Shown: positions 1 through 9,953, counted from the stretch's first letter. The stretch is DNA of 64,000 nt from an uncultured Nitrososphaerota archaeon (GCA_963842885.1 CAWJIE010000003.1:420253-484252), one strand, 5' to 3'. Notes: generated by a model not told the origin, from the sequence alone. Translations and numbers: made by a program.

Positions 1-505
1 TTCCACGGACTCCTCGTGGATGAGGACCTCTATGATGCTGGGATCGGCCTCCTTCAGCTTCTTTTCGATCTGCTCAGAGACCTTGCTGGCCTGCCTCAGG
101 GTGAGGTTGGCGCTCACCTCTAGGTGGAAGTCTATGCCCAGCTTCCCGTTGACCTTGTGGATGTGGATGTTGTGGGCACCTCGCGAACCGGGGACGGTCT
201 CGGCGATCTCCTTGACAAGCTTCCATATGTGGTCCCTGTCACTCCCGGCGGGCTCCGTGCGGATGAGAGACACGGGAGTTCGGCAGGATGCCCTTCACCT
301 CGTTCTCTATCTTCAGGGCGACCTTGTGGGTTTCCTCGTAGGTGGACTTGGAATCCAACCAGACGACCACCACCACGACGGGCTTCTTGCCTGTCAGGTC
401 GACCCTCACCCGCCTGACGCTCAGGACGTTCCCTATGTATCGGACCTTCCTCTCGATCATCCGGGAGAGCTCGGACTGGGAACGTTCGAAGAAGGGGATA
501 GGCAT
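1..505 (-). CDS. Soluble protein with two tandem cation-efflux C-terminal (ZT_dimer-like) domains. Frame is disrupted near 274-276 and the 3' end runs off the window.
   Basis: ORF 239..505 (RYIGNVLSVRRVRVDL...ETHKVALKIENEVKGILPNSRV) continues after a +1 shift as VSLIRTEP...GAHNIHIHKVNGKLGIDFHLEVSANLTLRQASKVSEQIEKKLKEADPSIIEVLIHEE to base 1. Both halves fit the VHxLRxR...HxxV...IHxEP pattern of CDF cytoplasmic domains. No TM segments are seen. Confidence 0.45.
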
Positions 506-582
506 TATCTGGACGATACTTGACTTTCCATCTTAGATAAACCTTGACGGCGAAGAACGACGGCGCTGATGGTCGCGCCAGC

Positions 583-1373
583 TCACGTGCACAGCTCGCC
601 AGCGAGGACGGTGACGGCCCTCCCTCCCAGGAAGACGCGGCGGCCTCTGACCTTCACCGACACGACCCCTCCTCTTGACGAGGCTTGATAGCCCACCATC
701 TCCGTCTTGCCAAGACGTCGTCCCCAGAAGATGGCAAGGCAGCAGTGCGATGAGCCGGTCACCGGGTCCTCGTTGACTCCGACGGCCGGGGCGAAGAAAC
801 GCGAGATGAAGTCGTATTCCTTCGACTTGGACCGGCATGTTACGATCGTCCCCCTAGTGTCCGCCTTGGCGAGAGCCCGAAGTCAGGCTCCATCCCGCGG
901 AGCTCCTCCTCACTTCCGACCTCGACGAGGTAATCGTCCAGGCTTCGGCCGAAGGACTTCGCCCTGACCCCCAGCGCCTCGAGCAGCCCCTCCGGCGGTT
1001 TAGACGGCGCGGCCTTCCTGGCCGGGAAGTCGAGCTCGATGAGCCCGCCGTTCCGACGCGCAGTCAGTTTCCCGCTCTTCGTATGGAACACAATGTCCTC
1101 CGCCTCCGGGACCACACCTGCCTCCCAAAGCACGTGCGCGCTGGCGAGAGTAGCATGCCCGCATAGGCTGACTTCCACTTTAGGCGTAAACCACCGCAGC
1201 CTGAACCCGCCCTCCTCCGGGCAGAGGAAAGCCGTCTCGGAGAGGTTCATTTCGGTCCCGACGCTCTGCATCCACCTTTCCTCGGCGGGGCTGGGCAGCA
1301 GGCAGACGGCGGCGGGGTTCCCGGCGAACCTACGGTCGGAGAATGCATCAACGTGGTACAGCTTGACGGACAT
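583..1373 (-). CDS. PhzF-family (phenazine biosynthesis-like) isomerase, frame-disrupted near 876-878
   Basis: The N-terminal part is in ORF 840..1391 (MSVKLYHVDAF...GNPAAVC...ETAF...RWFTP..EV.LCGHATLASAHVLW). The C-terminal part reads in another frame: TIVTCRSKSKEYDFISRFFAPAVGVNEDPVTGSSHCCLAIFWGRRLGKTEMVGYQASSRGGVVSVKV...AVTVLAGEL, with its stop at 583. The span length is 3n+2, consistent with a missing base. Confidence 0.8.
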
Positions 1374-1520
1374 GGCAACGAGAAGTGACACATAGGGGTA
1401 GATAACGAGTGCTTTGGGAGCGCAGGCTCGGTGGGGCTAGGAGGAGCTCAAATTTCTGAGCCTGGAAAGCCTGATGCAAGGCTTAATTACTAAGGGCTTT
1501 CGCGTACGGAGAAGGCACAC

Positions 1521-2963
1521 ATGAAGTACAAGTGGACAGTGCTCACCGTGACCTCGGTTGGGGTCCTGATGTCGGGCATCGATTCCAGGATTGTCATAGT
1601 AGGACTCCCCCAGGTCGCCGCTGCTTTGGGCGCCGACGCGGAACAGGCCATATGGTTCACCCAGTCCTACACCCTGGGGAGCACCATCGCCTTATTGCTA
1701 ATTGGGCGGGTCACGGACATGTTTGGCAGGGTCAAGATCTACAACATCGGCTTTGCCGTGTTCACGCTTGGGTCGGCGTTGACGAGCCTGTCGCTCAGTC
1801 CCGAGATGGTAATTATTTTCAGGTGCTTGCAGGGCCTGGGATCGGCCATGCTCTTCACCAACAGCGTAGCTTTGATAACGGACTCGACGCCGTCCGAGGA
1901 GTTAGGCCTTTCCCTGGGCGTCAACCAGCTCTCCTTCAGGTTCGGGGCGATGGCCGGGCTGACGCTCAGCGGTATCATCCTGGCCGTCCTAGACTGGAGG
2001 GCCCTCTTCTACATCAACGTCCCTATAGGCATATTCGGGACTGTATGGGCCCACAGACGGCTGAGGGAGACGGCGCAGATGGATAGGGGGGTGCCAATCG
2101 ACTGGATAGGTTTCGCCACCTTCACCATCTCCATCTCAAGCTTCCTCTTCGCTCTCACATTTGCGGCCTATGGGTTCTCAGAGGACAAGTTCGTCTTCCT
2201 GCTGAGCATCATATCCGCCGCGACCTTCCTGACTTTCGTCTACCAAGAGAGGAGGACGCCGCATCCTCTACTGGACCTCGGGCTTCTCAAGATTCGAGAG
2301 TTCACCGGCGGCGTCCTGGCGCAGCTGCTCAACGCCATCGCCTGGGGGGCCGTCATCCTCCTCCTGAGCTTATATTTCCAGCTGGTGCAGGGCATGAGCC
2401 CGTTCGACGCAGGTATCAGAATACTCCCCTTCGAGCTCCTCTTCCTGCTCTTCGGCCCTTTGAGTGGGAGATATTCAGACAGGTACGGTCCGCTGCCGTT
2501 CGCGACGACGGGCCTGGCCGTCACCAGCGTCTCCCTGCTACTCCTTTCTACCACGACGCCCTCCACCCCATATATTGACCTCGTCGTTTACATGGGACTG
2601 ATGGGCGCTGGCACCGGCCTCTTCTCCTCGCCCAACATGAGCTCCATCATGGGCTCCGTGCCCCCCAACAGAAGGGGCATCGCCTCCGCCTTCCGCGCCA
2701 CCTTCTTTAACTTGGGTTTCACCATCTCGCTGAACGTGGCTATCCTGATCATGGCCTCCATCATCCCGTACTCCGTCGTGTCTTCCATCATCTCTTCGAT
2801 AAACCCCGCCGGGATATCGGTCCTCGACAGGAATCTGTTTTCAGCCGCCCTCGACCGTGCATACCTCTGGATGGCGGGCGTGAACACCGTAGCGATCCTT
2901 CCATCGCTTATGAGAGGGAAGAGGGTCGGCCGAAACACGGCCTCCTCCCCAGCGCACGAATGA
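1521..2963 (+). CDS. MFS transporter, DHA2/EmrB-like (about 14 TM segments)
   Basis: 480-aa ORF with many hydrophobic segments. Motifs typical of drug:H+ antiporter MFS proteins: GRVTDMFGRVKIYNIGFAVFTLGS and LQGLGSAMLF. Confidence 0.9.
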   Translation: MKYKWTVLTVTSVGVLMSGIDSRIVIVGLPQVAAALGADAEQAIWFTQSYTLGSTIALLLIGRVTDMFGRVKIYNIGFAVFTLGSALTSLSLSPEMVIIFRCLQGLGSAMLFTNSVALITDSTPSEELGLSLGVNQLSFRFGAMAGLTLSGIILAVLDWRALFYINVPIGIFGTVWAHRRLRETAQMDRGVPIDWIGFATFTISISSFLFALTFAAYGFSEDKFVFLLSIISAATFLTFVYQERRTPHPLLDLGLLKIREFTGGVLAQLLNAIAWGAVILLLSLYFQLVQGMSPFDAGIRILPFELLFLLFGPLSGRYSDRYGPLPFATTGLAVTSVSLLLLSTTTPSTPYIDLVVYMGLMGAGTGLFSSPNMSSIMGSVPPNRRGIASAFRATFFNLGFTISLNVAILIMASIIPYSVVSSIISSINPAGISVLDRNLFSAALDRAYLWMAGVNTVAILPSLMRGKRVGRNTASSPAHE

Positions 2964-2965
2964 GC

Positions 2966-3523
2966 TCAGTCGGTCTCGTCGGCTAGGGCCTTGAGCTCAT
3001 CGCCGAAGCCCCATTCCTCCGCCAGGGCATCACATTCTTCCTCCCTCGTGGCGGAATCGTCCGGTGCGACGTTGTCGTTGAGCCAAGCATGGGCCAGCTC
3101 ATGGGCGACCACGGCCACCCTTGACATCTCCGACAGCTGCAGCATCATGTCCAGATAGAGCTCGATCTTCTGCACAACGACTTCATCCGTCCTGGTCTTC
3201 CCGAGCCCGAATCGGACGGTCCTTTCATATGTGATCCTTCTTGTGGGACCCGCCAGGGAACCGCCCTCGGAAGTCTTCTTTGAAGTGATTAAGCGGAGTG
3301 TAGGGACATCCGAGGCCTCAGGAGGAAGCCTAGTCAGGGCCTCGTCCACTGCCAGGCGAACCGCTGCGCCCCGGACATCCACTCTGACGCCGCTGAGGAG
3401 CTCCTCCTTTCGTACGGCAGACCCTCCACGATTCAACTTCACGGCGCTTTCGGGGACATGGGACTGAGCTACCCTTTTCAGCCATGCTGTCAAAACCCAT
3501 GCCCGCCACCCCCTCATCACCAT
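2966..3523 (-). CDS. Small HExxH metallopeptidase-like protein, family unassigned
   Basis: 185-aa ORF with VAVVAHELAHAWLND followed by an acidic tail (EEECDALAEEWGFGDE). No closer family could be recognised by eye. Confidence 0.5.
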   Translation of the reverse strand: MVMRGWRAWVLTAWLKRVAQSHVPESAVKLNRGGSAVRKEELLSGVRVDVRGAAVRLAVDEALTRLPPEASDVPTLRLITSKKTSEGGSLAGPTRRITYERTVRFGLGKTRTDEVVVQKIELYLDMMLQLSEMSRVAVVAHELAHAWLNDNVAPDDSATREEECDALAEEWGFGDELKALADETD

Positions 3524-3698
3524 TCATGAGTATTCGGCATATGATGAAAGGCGGCTCGTCTTATATCGGGCAGCCCTCCTCTATCGAATTGGCGAATAAT
3601 TCCTTGCTAATAGGGCGTCGGGAGACAAGAGCTCGGTCCAGGGGGTCGTCCGCTCCTTGGCCTTGCCTCCCAGAAGATTGCTCCGGAGGTGACGCCGA

Positions 3699-3995
3699 AT
3701 GAGCCTCAGGTTGCTCAAACCCTGGGAGAGGCGACTGTGGGCAGAGATGGAGCATCAAGGAAAGGGGGCCGCCCAAGACTCTACGTCTGAATGGTGCTCG
3801 TTGTCCCCGCTTCAGCTGAGGGAGGAAATCGATAGGCTCAAGACGAACTTTCACGCGAATTGGAAGCAGATAGCGTACCTCGAAGGCCACCTGCAAATCG
3901 CGGACGAACGGTTCCGCGACAGACGGCACTTCGGGGCCAGCTTTAGAGGGTACCTCGAAGCTGCAAGGACGAAGTCATTGAAAGAGTGGCTCTAG
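3699..3995 (+). CDS. Hypothetical small protein (weak call)
   Basis: 98-aa ORF lying between the HExxH gene and the nuclease gene. The composition looks coding and a helical region (LQLREEIDRLKTNFHANWKQIAYLEGHLQIADERF) is present. No motif was recognised. Confidence 0.3.
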   Translation: MSLRLLKPWERRLWAEMEHQGKGAAQDSTSEWCSLSPLQLREEIDRLKTNFHANWKQIAYLEGHLQIADERFRDRRHFGASFRGYLEAARTKSLKEWL

Positions 3996-4065
3996 GGAAA
4001 GGTTGGGGGTAGGAGCGGCACGGAAGGGCACTCCTTTTATCCCCAATAAACTCAGACAATATGCC

Positions 4066-4476
4066 ATGCGCCGAGGCTTGTTTGTGTCTCTGGGCACGAG
4101 TTCGGACGTGGGGGACTTCCTGGAGAAGACCGTGGCCCAGAACCTCCGGAACAGGGGGTTCACGTTGAAGACGAACAGGCGCGGGTGCGACGTAGTGGGC
4201 GAGCGCGACGGAAAGAAGGTGATAATAGAATGCAAGATGAACGTCCGCCGAAGCAACTGGTTTCAGGTCCTCAACCAGGTTCGCAGGTACAGGGAGGAGC
4301 TGAAGCCAGATGTGACCGTCCTCCTGGTGGGCAACATGCGCGTGTTCGGCCCCCTGTGGGACGCCTGCTCTCGAGAGGGCATACGCCTCCTTCCCTGCTG
4401 GTCCATCTATGACGAAGCGTTTCCATTCGTGACCTTCGACAGTGCGAAAGGGAAGCTTGAAAGGGCGGAGTCCTAG
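4066..4476 (+). CDS. PD-(D/E)xK nuclease, Mrr-cat / Hjc-like
   Basis: The internal Met of ORF 4003..4476 is taken as the start. The sequence shows E...D...ExK spacing (DFLEKTV..NRGF...GCDVVGERDGKKVIIECK), typical of restriction-endonuclease-fold proteins, and is the size of a Holliday junction resolvase. Confidence 0.55.
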   Translation: MRRGLFVSLGTSSDVGDFLEKTVAQNLRNRGFTLKTNRRGCDVVGERDGKKVIIECKMNVRRSNWFQVLNQVRRYREELKPDVTVLLVGNMRVFGPLWDACSREGIRLLPCWSIYDEAFPFVTFDSAKGKLERAES

Positions 4477-4521
4477 GCTGGAGCCTTCAATCAGAGGAAT
4501 ATCAAATGAGGTGGTTGTGGC

Positions 4522-5385
4522 TTACTGCTTCGGGGCTTCCTTCGCGAGCTCCATGAGCTTGAAGGCGTCCAGCTCCGCGTTCTTCAGGATGGCGGCGGCT
4601 GTGTCCTTGGTGACGTAGTTCGCCTTTGCTGCTACGGCCAGCGCCTTCGCCATGGAATCCACCAGTATGATAGTAAGGACCTCCTTGGCCGGGTATTTGG
4701 CTTCAAAGGCGACGTTGAACGCCTGCCTGGCGGAGAGGCCAATGTCGCTGACGAAGGCGTCGATGTTCAGCCTGACGTCCTTCTCGGCAATCAGGAGGCC
4801 GTTCCAGTACACCATGGTGAGCGCCATTCCAGCCTTGATGGGCTTCATGTTCAGCTTCGACATGAGAGAGGCCAGCTTGGGGTTGATGACTTCCCCTGAG
4901 TTGGCCACGACGGTGTCCTTGGTGATCCAGATGCTCCCGGACTCGATCTTGGTAATGACCTTGGCGTCCTTGAATTCGCTCAGCACTGGGCCGGGCGGGA
5001 TGCCGGTGTTGCCTGCGGGGATGAGTATCTCCTCAGTGGCGATGTCTCCTGCCTTGGCGGGGAGGTAGATCTTGCCCCTCTCGAGGAGGAGGTTGAGCTT
5101 GAAGGGGTTCATGTTGGTGAAGAGGAAGAGGTTCTGGCCCGTGAGAGAAGTGTTCAGGGACTTCAGGTTCTTCTTCTTGACCGTGTCGAGTGCCTTGGTG
5201 GCGATGCGGTTCTTCGCGACCGCCAAGACCAGCTCTCCCCTGAACTTGCGCCTCAGCTCCATTATCTGCGTGGAGCGGACCTTGTTAAGGCTGGCCAGAG
5301 CGACGACGTCGTACTTCGCCGCCAGCTCCTTAATCCTATTGAACTGCTTGACCTTGCTCTCGGGGAACTGCTTGGCTGTTGACAA
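4522..5385 (-). CDS. rplP0: 50S ribosomal protein uL10 (P0), short form without the acidic C-terminal tail
   Basis: 287-aa ORF with a TTG start. It sits at the conserved position after L1. N-terminal uL10 signature: KVKQFNRIKELAAKYDVVALASLNKVRSTQIMELRRKFRGELVLAVAKNRIATKAL. Confidence 0.9.
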   Translation of the reverse strand: MSTAKQFPESKVKQFNRIKELAAKYDVVALASLNKVRSTQIMELRRKFRGELVLAVAKNRIATKALDTVKKKNLKSLNTSLTGQNLFLFTNMNPFKLNLLLERGKIYLPAKAGDIATEEILIPAGNTGIPPGPVLSEFKDAKVITKIESGSIWITKDTVVANSGEVINPKLASLMSKLNMKPIKAGMALTMVYWNGLLIAEKDVRLNIDAFVSDIGLSARQAFNVAFEAKYPAKEVLTIILVDSMAKALAVAAKANYVTKDTAAAILKNAELDAFKLMELAKEAPKQ

Positions 5386-5390
5386 CCGAG

Positions 5391-6042
5391 TCAGGCTCCT
5401 GTGCCCTTGGCGATGCCGCCCATGGCGAGCTTCACACCGTACTTCTTGACGCTCTTGATGCCGCCGGGAAGCTTCTTCTCAAGGCTCTCGAGGACGGCCA
5501 GGGCATTGGCTGCCAGCTTGTCGGTCTCCATGTCTTCAGTACCTATCTTGCATGAAACTGCGCTGTGGGCCCTCGTCCTAACGCGGACGCTGCTCCTCAG
5601 CCTTTCTATCATGGCCTCCAACGGAGAGTTCACCGTGATGGGGAGGGGCATCTTCCCTCTGGGACCCAGGATAAGGGCCGAGGGACTTGCCGACCTTGGG
5701 CATAAGGGAGGTATCCGCCAAGAAGAAGTCGCTGTCCCTGGCCAGCTTCTTGGCGTCCTTCTTGTTCGTCCCCAGCCTGTCCAGCTCGTCGGGGGCGACA
5801 ATCTGTTCGACGTTGGCCTTCTTGGCCCTGAGGGCCAGATCGCCTGAAGCCAGGACGCAGACCGTGGCCTTCGTTGCGACCTTGTTGGGGAGGTTGACGA
5901 CCTCGTTGATGTTGACGTCGGCTGCCTTTACCTTGTAAGGGTCCAGTATCACGTAGAGCTCCACCGACTGGTTGAACTTGCGCTTGGTGGCCTTCGCCTT
6001 GGCTTCGTCTATCATCTTGATGAACGAATTCTTGTCCGCCAA
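5391..6042 (-). CDS. rpl1: 50S ribosomal protein uL1, frame-disrupted near 5671-5675
   Basis: ORF 5578..6042 carries the N-terminus up to ...MPKVGKSLGP. ORF 5391..5801 carries ILGPRGKMPLPI... to the C-terminus. The coding strand reads ctc ggc cct t atc ctg ggt, so one extra base is present. Span length is 3n+1. Confidence 0.9.
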
Positions 6043-6044
6043 TT

Positions 6045-6540
6045 CTAACTACCCTGACCTGCCAGGGCCTGGTCCCACTTCCCCTCCTCGACTTCCTTGA
6101 GGAACAGGCGGGGGTCCTTTCCCTCGACGGTGATGCCCATGCTGACGCAGGCGCCCAGGATCTCCCTGGAGCGCCGACTTGTAGGTCGTAGCATAGGTCT
6201 TCCCGAACTTGATCTTGGCCAGCTTGAGGAGCTGATCTACGGTGAGGTTGCCAGCGAAGGTGGCCTGAGGCGTGCCCGATCCCTTGTGGATACTGGCCTC
6301 CTTCGCGATGAGAGCGGATGTTGTGGGGAGGCCCACCTCCACTTCGAAGCTCTTCTCCTCGATGTCGACGGAGACCTTCACGGGGACGCGCATCCCCGAA
6401 TAATCACCCGTCAGCTCGTTGATCCTCTTGACGACCGCCACGACGTTGACCCCAAAAGGGCCGAGGGCAGGTCCCAGCGGCGGCCCAGCGTTGGCCTCAC
6501 CACCGGTAACCAAGAGGCTGATGACCTTGTTTTCACCCAA
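6045..6540 (-). CDS. rpl11: 50S ribosomal protein uL11, frame-disrupted near 6167-6170
   Basis: ORF 6049..6540 is a good uL11 ([21 protein letters not shown]...) up to ...TYKSAL. The conserved C-terminus [33 protein letters not shown] is in the +1 frame and ends with TAG at 6045-6047. The coding strand reads gcg ctc c agg gag. Confidence 0.9.
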
Positions 6541-6615
6541 AGCTCAATCCCTTCTTACCGTAAGCGCACTGACTCCCTTTACACTGGCACTTAAAAGTTA
6601 TCCCCGAAGGTTCCA

Positions 6616-7085
6616 CTACTTGCCGGCCGAGACCAGCTTGAGGTACCCCGCGTCTATGGTGACCTGCAGCTGGTAGGGGGCGTCGATGAGGGTGACCGTG
6701 GCCTCCTTCTTGGCCTGGTCGTACCTGACGACCTTGGCCCTCATGCCCTTGAACGGGCCTCCCGTCACCTCGACTATCTGGTCCACCTTGAGCTCCTCGA
6801 TGACAGGCTTCACGGCGATGAGGCTGGCGACGTCGGAGATGGTCATGACCCCCGGAACGTAGCTTCTCACATGCTTCACGCCCCCCACGCCGTCGCTGAC
6901 AGCCTGGGCTGAGCCGGCTTCTATGAGGAGGTAACCCTTCATCTTCTCGCTATAGATGAGGGAGAGGATGGGAGTCTTCCTTGCCTCGACCCTGTTGGCC
7001 ACGAGATTCACGACGTTCCTTTCCTGTCCCCCGGTGACCTTGACGACGAAGATGTGGGTCGGGGACGTCTTGACTTCTGTGGCCA
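6616..7085 (-). CDS. spt5: Transcription elongation factor Spt5 (archaeal NusG)
   Basis: NGN domain (IFVVKVTGGQERNVVNLV...YLLIEA) plus a KOW motif (IVEVTGGPFKGMRAKVVRYD). A GTG start at 7085 lies just after the secE stop. The upstream part of ORF 6616..7434 is out-of-frame overlap with secE. Confidence 0.85.
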
Positions 7086-7088
7086 CCT

Positions 7089-7328
7089 CTAGGCCACCAG
7101 CCCGAAGAGGACGGCGACTATGGCGGCCGCCTTCGGCGCGAGGAAGTTGCTGATCATCGTGGCGACGATATGTATGACAAATCCCACTCCGCCTACGACC
7201 GCGACTCCAAGGATGACGAGCTTTAGGTAGAGCATGTATTCTGTGCTGTCGCTCTTCTTGCTGTACTTCAGGGTGTTCACGAGCTCCCTGATGGAGTTGG
7301 AGATGTTCATCGACGGAATGACAGACAT
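7089..7328 (-). CDS. secE: Preprotein translocase SecE / Sec61-gamma
   Basis: The last 79 codons of ORF 7089..7514 give a single C-terminal TM helix preceded by an amphipathic segment (IRELVNTLKYSKKSDSTEY). The gene sits at the conserved position upstream of spt5-L11-L1-P0. Confidence 0.7.
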   Translation of the reverse strand: MSVIPSMNISNSIRELVNTLKYSKKSDSTEYMLYLKLVILGVAVVGGVGFVIHIVATMISNFLAPKAAAIVAVLFGLVA

Positions 7329-7632
7329 TTCTCGGCATTTTAAGCGTTTTGTCGTCATGCCGAATCGGTCTTGCAGGAAGTCGATGAGAAGCGGGACTTC
7401 TGGCTGAAGATGGAATCTTTTCAAGATAGCACAATCGTGGACGAGATGAGGGGAGAGCCGGTGCGGCCCTAGACGCCCTGGCTCCCGGTCTCCCGCAGAG
7501 TCGGTTTCAAGCACTTTGGCCTAGCTAGACCTCCAACCCAGCCCCAAGCGGACCGGCGGGAGACTGGGTACAGATGATGAGACTGTCGAGGCGCAGGCAA
7601 AGCTTAAAGTTTGACGATGCCCGACGGAGGGG

Positions 7633-8544
7633 ATGAGAATGAAGAAGGACTTTCTCTCGGTGGGCGACCTAAGCAAGAAAGAGATGGAGAGGCTGTTCCA
7701 GATTGCCAAAGAGCTGAAGCGGAAGCCATACGGCACGGCCCTCAAGGACAAGACTATTGTGCTACTCTTCGAGAAGGCTTCGACGAGGACCCGCCTGAGC
7801 TTCGAGGCCGGGATCGGCCATTTGGGAGGGAGGTCCATCTATGTCGATGCTTCGACATCTCAGCTTGCTCGTGGCGAAACGGTGGAGGACACTGGCCGGG
7901 TAATGGAACGCTTCGTGGATGGGATCGTGGCCCGCGTCTACAAACATGAGATGTTGTTAGGCTTGGCAAAGAACTCCCGGATCCCCGTCGTCAATGCCCT
8001 CTCTGACTTGGAGCATCCGTGTCAGGCAATCGCAGACCTCTTCACGGTTCTGGAGAAGGCAGGGAGCTTCAAGGATCAGAAGGTGGCCTTCATTGGTGAC
8101 GGGGACAACGTCTGCAATTCGCTCATGTTGGGCTGCGCCATCTTGGGGGTGGAATTCTCGGCCGCGACTCCCCCCGGGTACAAGCCCAACGCGGAGATCC
8201 TCGCCAAGGCGAAGAAGCTGGCCGGCAGCAAGATCCAGATATTCGACGACCCAGTCAAGGCTGTAAACGACGCCTCCTTCGTTTACACCGATGTTTTCGT
8301 GAGCATGGGCAACGAAGCCCAGAAGGAGGAGAGGCTCAAGATCTTCGTACCCAAGTACCAAGTGACCCGCGAGCTCATGAGGCATGCGAGGAAGGAAGCA
8401 CTGTTCATGCACTGTCTCCCGGCCCACAGGGGGCAGGAGGTGGCTGCCGACGTCATCGACGGCAAGAGCTCCATAGTGTTCGACCAGGCAGAGAACAGGA
8501 TGCATACGCAGAATGCGCTGCTGAAGATGCTGTACTCCCGATAG
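7633..8544 (+). CDS. argF: Ornithine carbamoyltransferase
   Basis: 303 aa with STRTRLSFE, HPCQ, DGDNVCNSL and FMHCLPAHRGQEV motifs. The last two are characteristic of OTCase. Confidence 0.9.
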   Translation: MRMKKDFLSVGDLSKKEMERLFQIAKELKRKPYGTALKDKTIVLLFEKASTRTRLSFEAGIGHLGGRSIYVDASTSQLARGETVEDTGRVMERFVDGIVARVYKHEMLLGLAKNSRIPVVNALSDLEHPCQAIADLFTVLEKAGSFKDQKVAFIGDGDNVCNSLMLGCAILGVEFSAATPPGYKPNAEILAKAKKLAGSKIQIFDDPVKAVNDASFVYTDVFVSMGNEAQKEERLKIFVPKYQVTRELMRHARKEALFMHCLPAHRGQEVAADVIDGKSSIVFDQAENRMHTQNALLKMLYSR

Positions 8545-9450
8545 CTAGCCCAATATCTTGTCGACGAGCCAGATGGAGTCGAAGGCCTGCAGGTCTTCGT
8601 ACGACTGTCCGACGCCGAGATAGAGGATGGGGGTCTTGGTCACGTACGCGACGCTCACGGCGGCCCCTCCCTTCACGTCGGCGTCGGCTTTGGCTAGAAT
8701 GACGGCGTCGAAACCAATCCTGTCGTGGAACTCTCGGGCCTGGTTGATCAGGTCGTTCCCTGCGAGGGCGTCGCCTACGAAGATCTTCAGGTCGGGCTGG
8801 ACCACCTTGACGACCTTGTTGAGCTCGTCCATCAGGTTCTTGGAGGTCTGCATCCTACCGGCGGTATCCACGAGGACCACGTCGTAGCCATGCTGCTTGG
8901 CGAATAGTATCGAATCACGGGCGACGGCGGCCGGGTCCGCCCCGTACCTCTGGTGGATGGACTTCAGTCCCAGGCGGGAGGCGTGGGTTTCGAGCTGCTC
9001 GATGGCCCCTGCGCGGAACGTGTCCGCCGCCGCCAGAAGGACCTTGTACCCCCTCCCGGTCAGCCTGTGAGCGAGCTTGGCGATCGACGTCGTCTTGCCT
9101 GTGCCGTTGATGCCGAGGAAGACGATGATATAGGGCTCCTTCGCCGCGTTCCTCCTCTTGATCCTTTCCTCGAGGTCAATCCTCTCCCCCGTGGGGAAGA
9201 GCTGGAGCAGAGACGACCTGAGGGTGGAGTCGACGAGCTTCTGGAGATCGCTTCCCCTCTCGACCCTCCTTCCGACCAGCTCCTTCTTGATGGAGGCCTC
9301 CATGAACTCCACCGCTTCGAGGGCCACTTCGCTTTCAAGGAGGGCGACCTCGAATTCGTTGAGGGTGGAGGTCAGGTCCTCCTCCGAAAGGGTCTTGGTG
9401 GTTACGCTCTCCTTGAAACCCTCTATCGCCTTTCGGAGCTTCTCGAACAA
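8545..9450 (-). CDS. ftsY: Signal recognition particle receptor FtsY
   Basis: 301 aa with the SRP-GTPase motifs GINGTGKTTSIAKLA, DTAGR and AKADAD. Confidence 0.92.
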   Translation of the reverse strand: MFEKLRKAIEGFKESVTTKTLSEEDLTSTLNEFEVALLESEVALEAVEFMEASIKKELVGRRVERGSDLQKLVDSTLRSSLLQLFPTGERIDLEERIKRRNAAKEPYIIVFLGINGTGKTTSIAKLAHRLTGRGYKVLLAAADTFRAGAIEQLETHASRLGLKSIHQRYGADPAAVARDSILFAKQHGYDVVLVDTAGRMQTSKNLMDELNKVVKVVQPDLKIFVGDALAGNDLINQAREFHDRIGFDAVILAKADADVKGGAAVSVAYVTKTPILYLGVGQSYEDLQAFDSIWLVDKILG

Positions 9451-9466
9451 GGATAGGACCTTCTTC

Positions 9467-9916
9467 CTAGGTGTCGCCCGGAGGCTGGTCGGAGCTCTGG
9501 GTCCCTTCCGTCGGCGTCTGTGAGAGTTCCAGCTGTTGCTGGTAGGCCTGAAGCCTTTCGGCGACCTCCTTCTTCTGGGACGAGATCTTCCCCAGTGTGT
9601 CCTCGATCTCCTTGATCCTCTCCTTCAGGAAGGACACGGCGTCTTCAGGGGACTTCTCCAGCGCCACCCCCGACCCCACTTCCACAACGACTTTCCCCCC
9701 TCCCGTGAAGGAGACGGGCAGGTGCGCGCCTCCCCCTATGGGGACGAGGAGCTCGGCCGACTTCGTGTCCTTCAGGGCGGTCACCGAAGCCAGGGACGCC
9801 TTGTCCTCTCGATAGAGCCGGACCAATATGGACTCCCGATTGGAAAGGTCCTGATAGTACTCTTCCAGAAGCCTGAGCTGCACCGCGATGGCCTGCGCGC
9901 TTTCATCGTCACTCAA
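9467..9916 (-). CDS. pfdA: Prefoldin alpha subunit
   Basis: 149-aa coiled-coil / beta-hairpin / coiled-coil layout (LVPIGGGAHLPVSF). It sits at the conserved position between aIF6 and ftsY. Confidence 0.85.
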   Translation of the reverse strand: MSDDESAQAIAVQLRLLEEYYQDLSNRESILVRLYREDKASLASVTALKDTKSAELLVPIGGGAHLPVSFTGGGKVVVEVGSGVALEKSPEDAVSFLKERIKEIEDTLGKISSQKKEVAERLQAYQQQLELSQTPTEGTQSSDQPPGDT

Positions 9917-9953
9917 TTACAAGAACACCGAGATTACTGGAGGGGCTCCTATT

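Noticed and set aside
3561-3929. 122-aa minus-strand ORF overlapping the 98-aa plus-strand ORF 3699..3995.
   Set aside because: It is Pro/Arg/Leu-rich with no motif. The plus-strand ORF looks more protein-like, although neither is strongly supported.
7572-7580. Perfect box C-like AGAUGAUGA in the secE/argF intergenic region (possible C/D box sRNA).
   Set aside because: No CUGA box D or D' lies at the required 10-12 nt guide distance, and no terminal stem is present. It is probably a chance match inside the argF promoter region.
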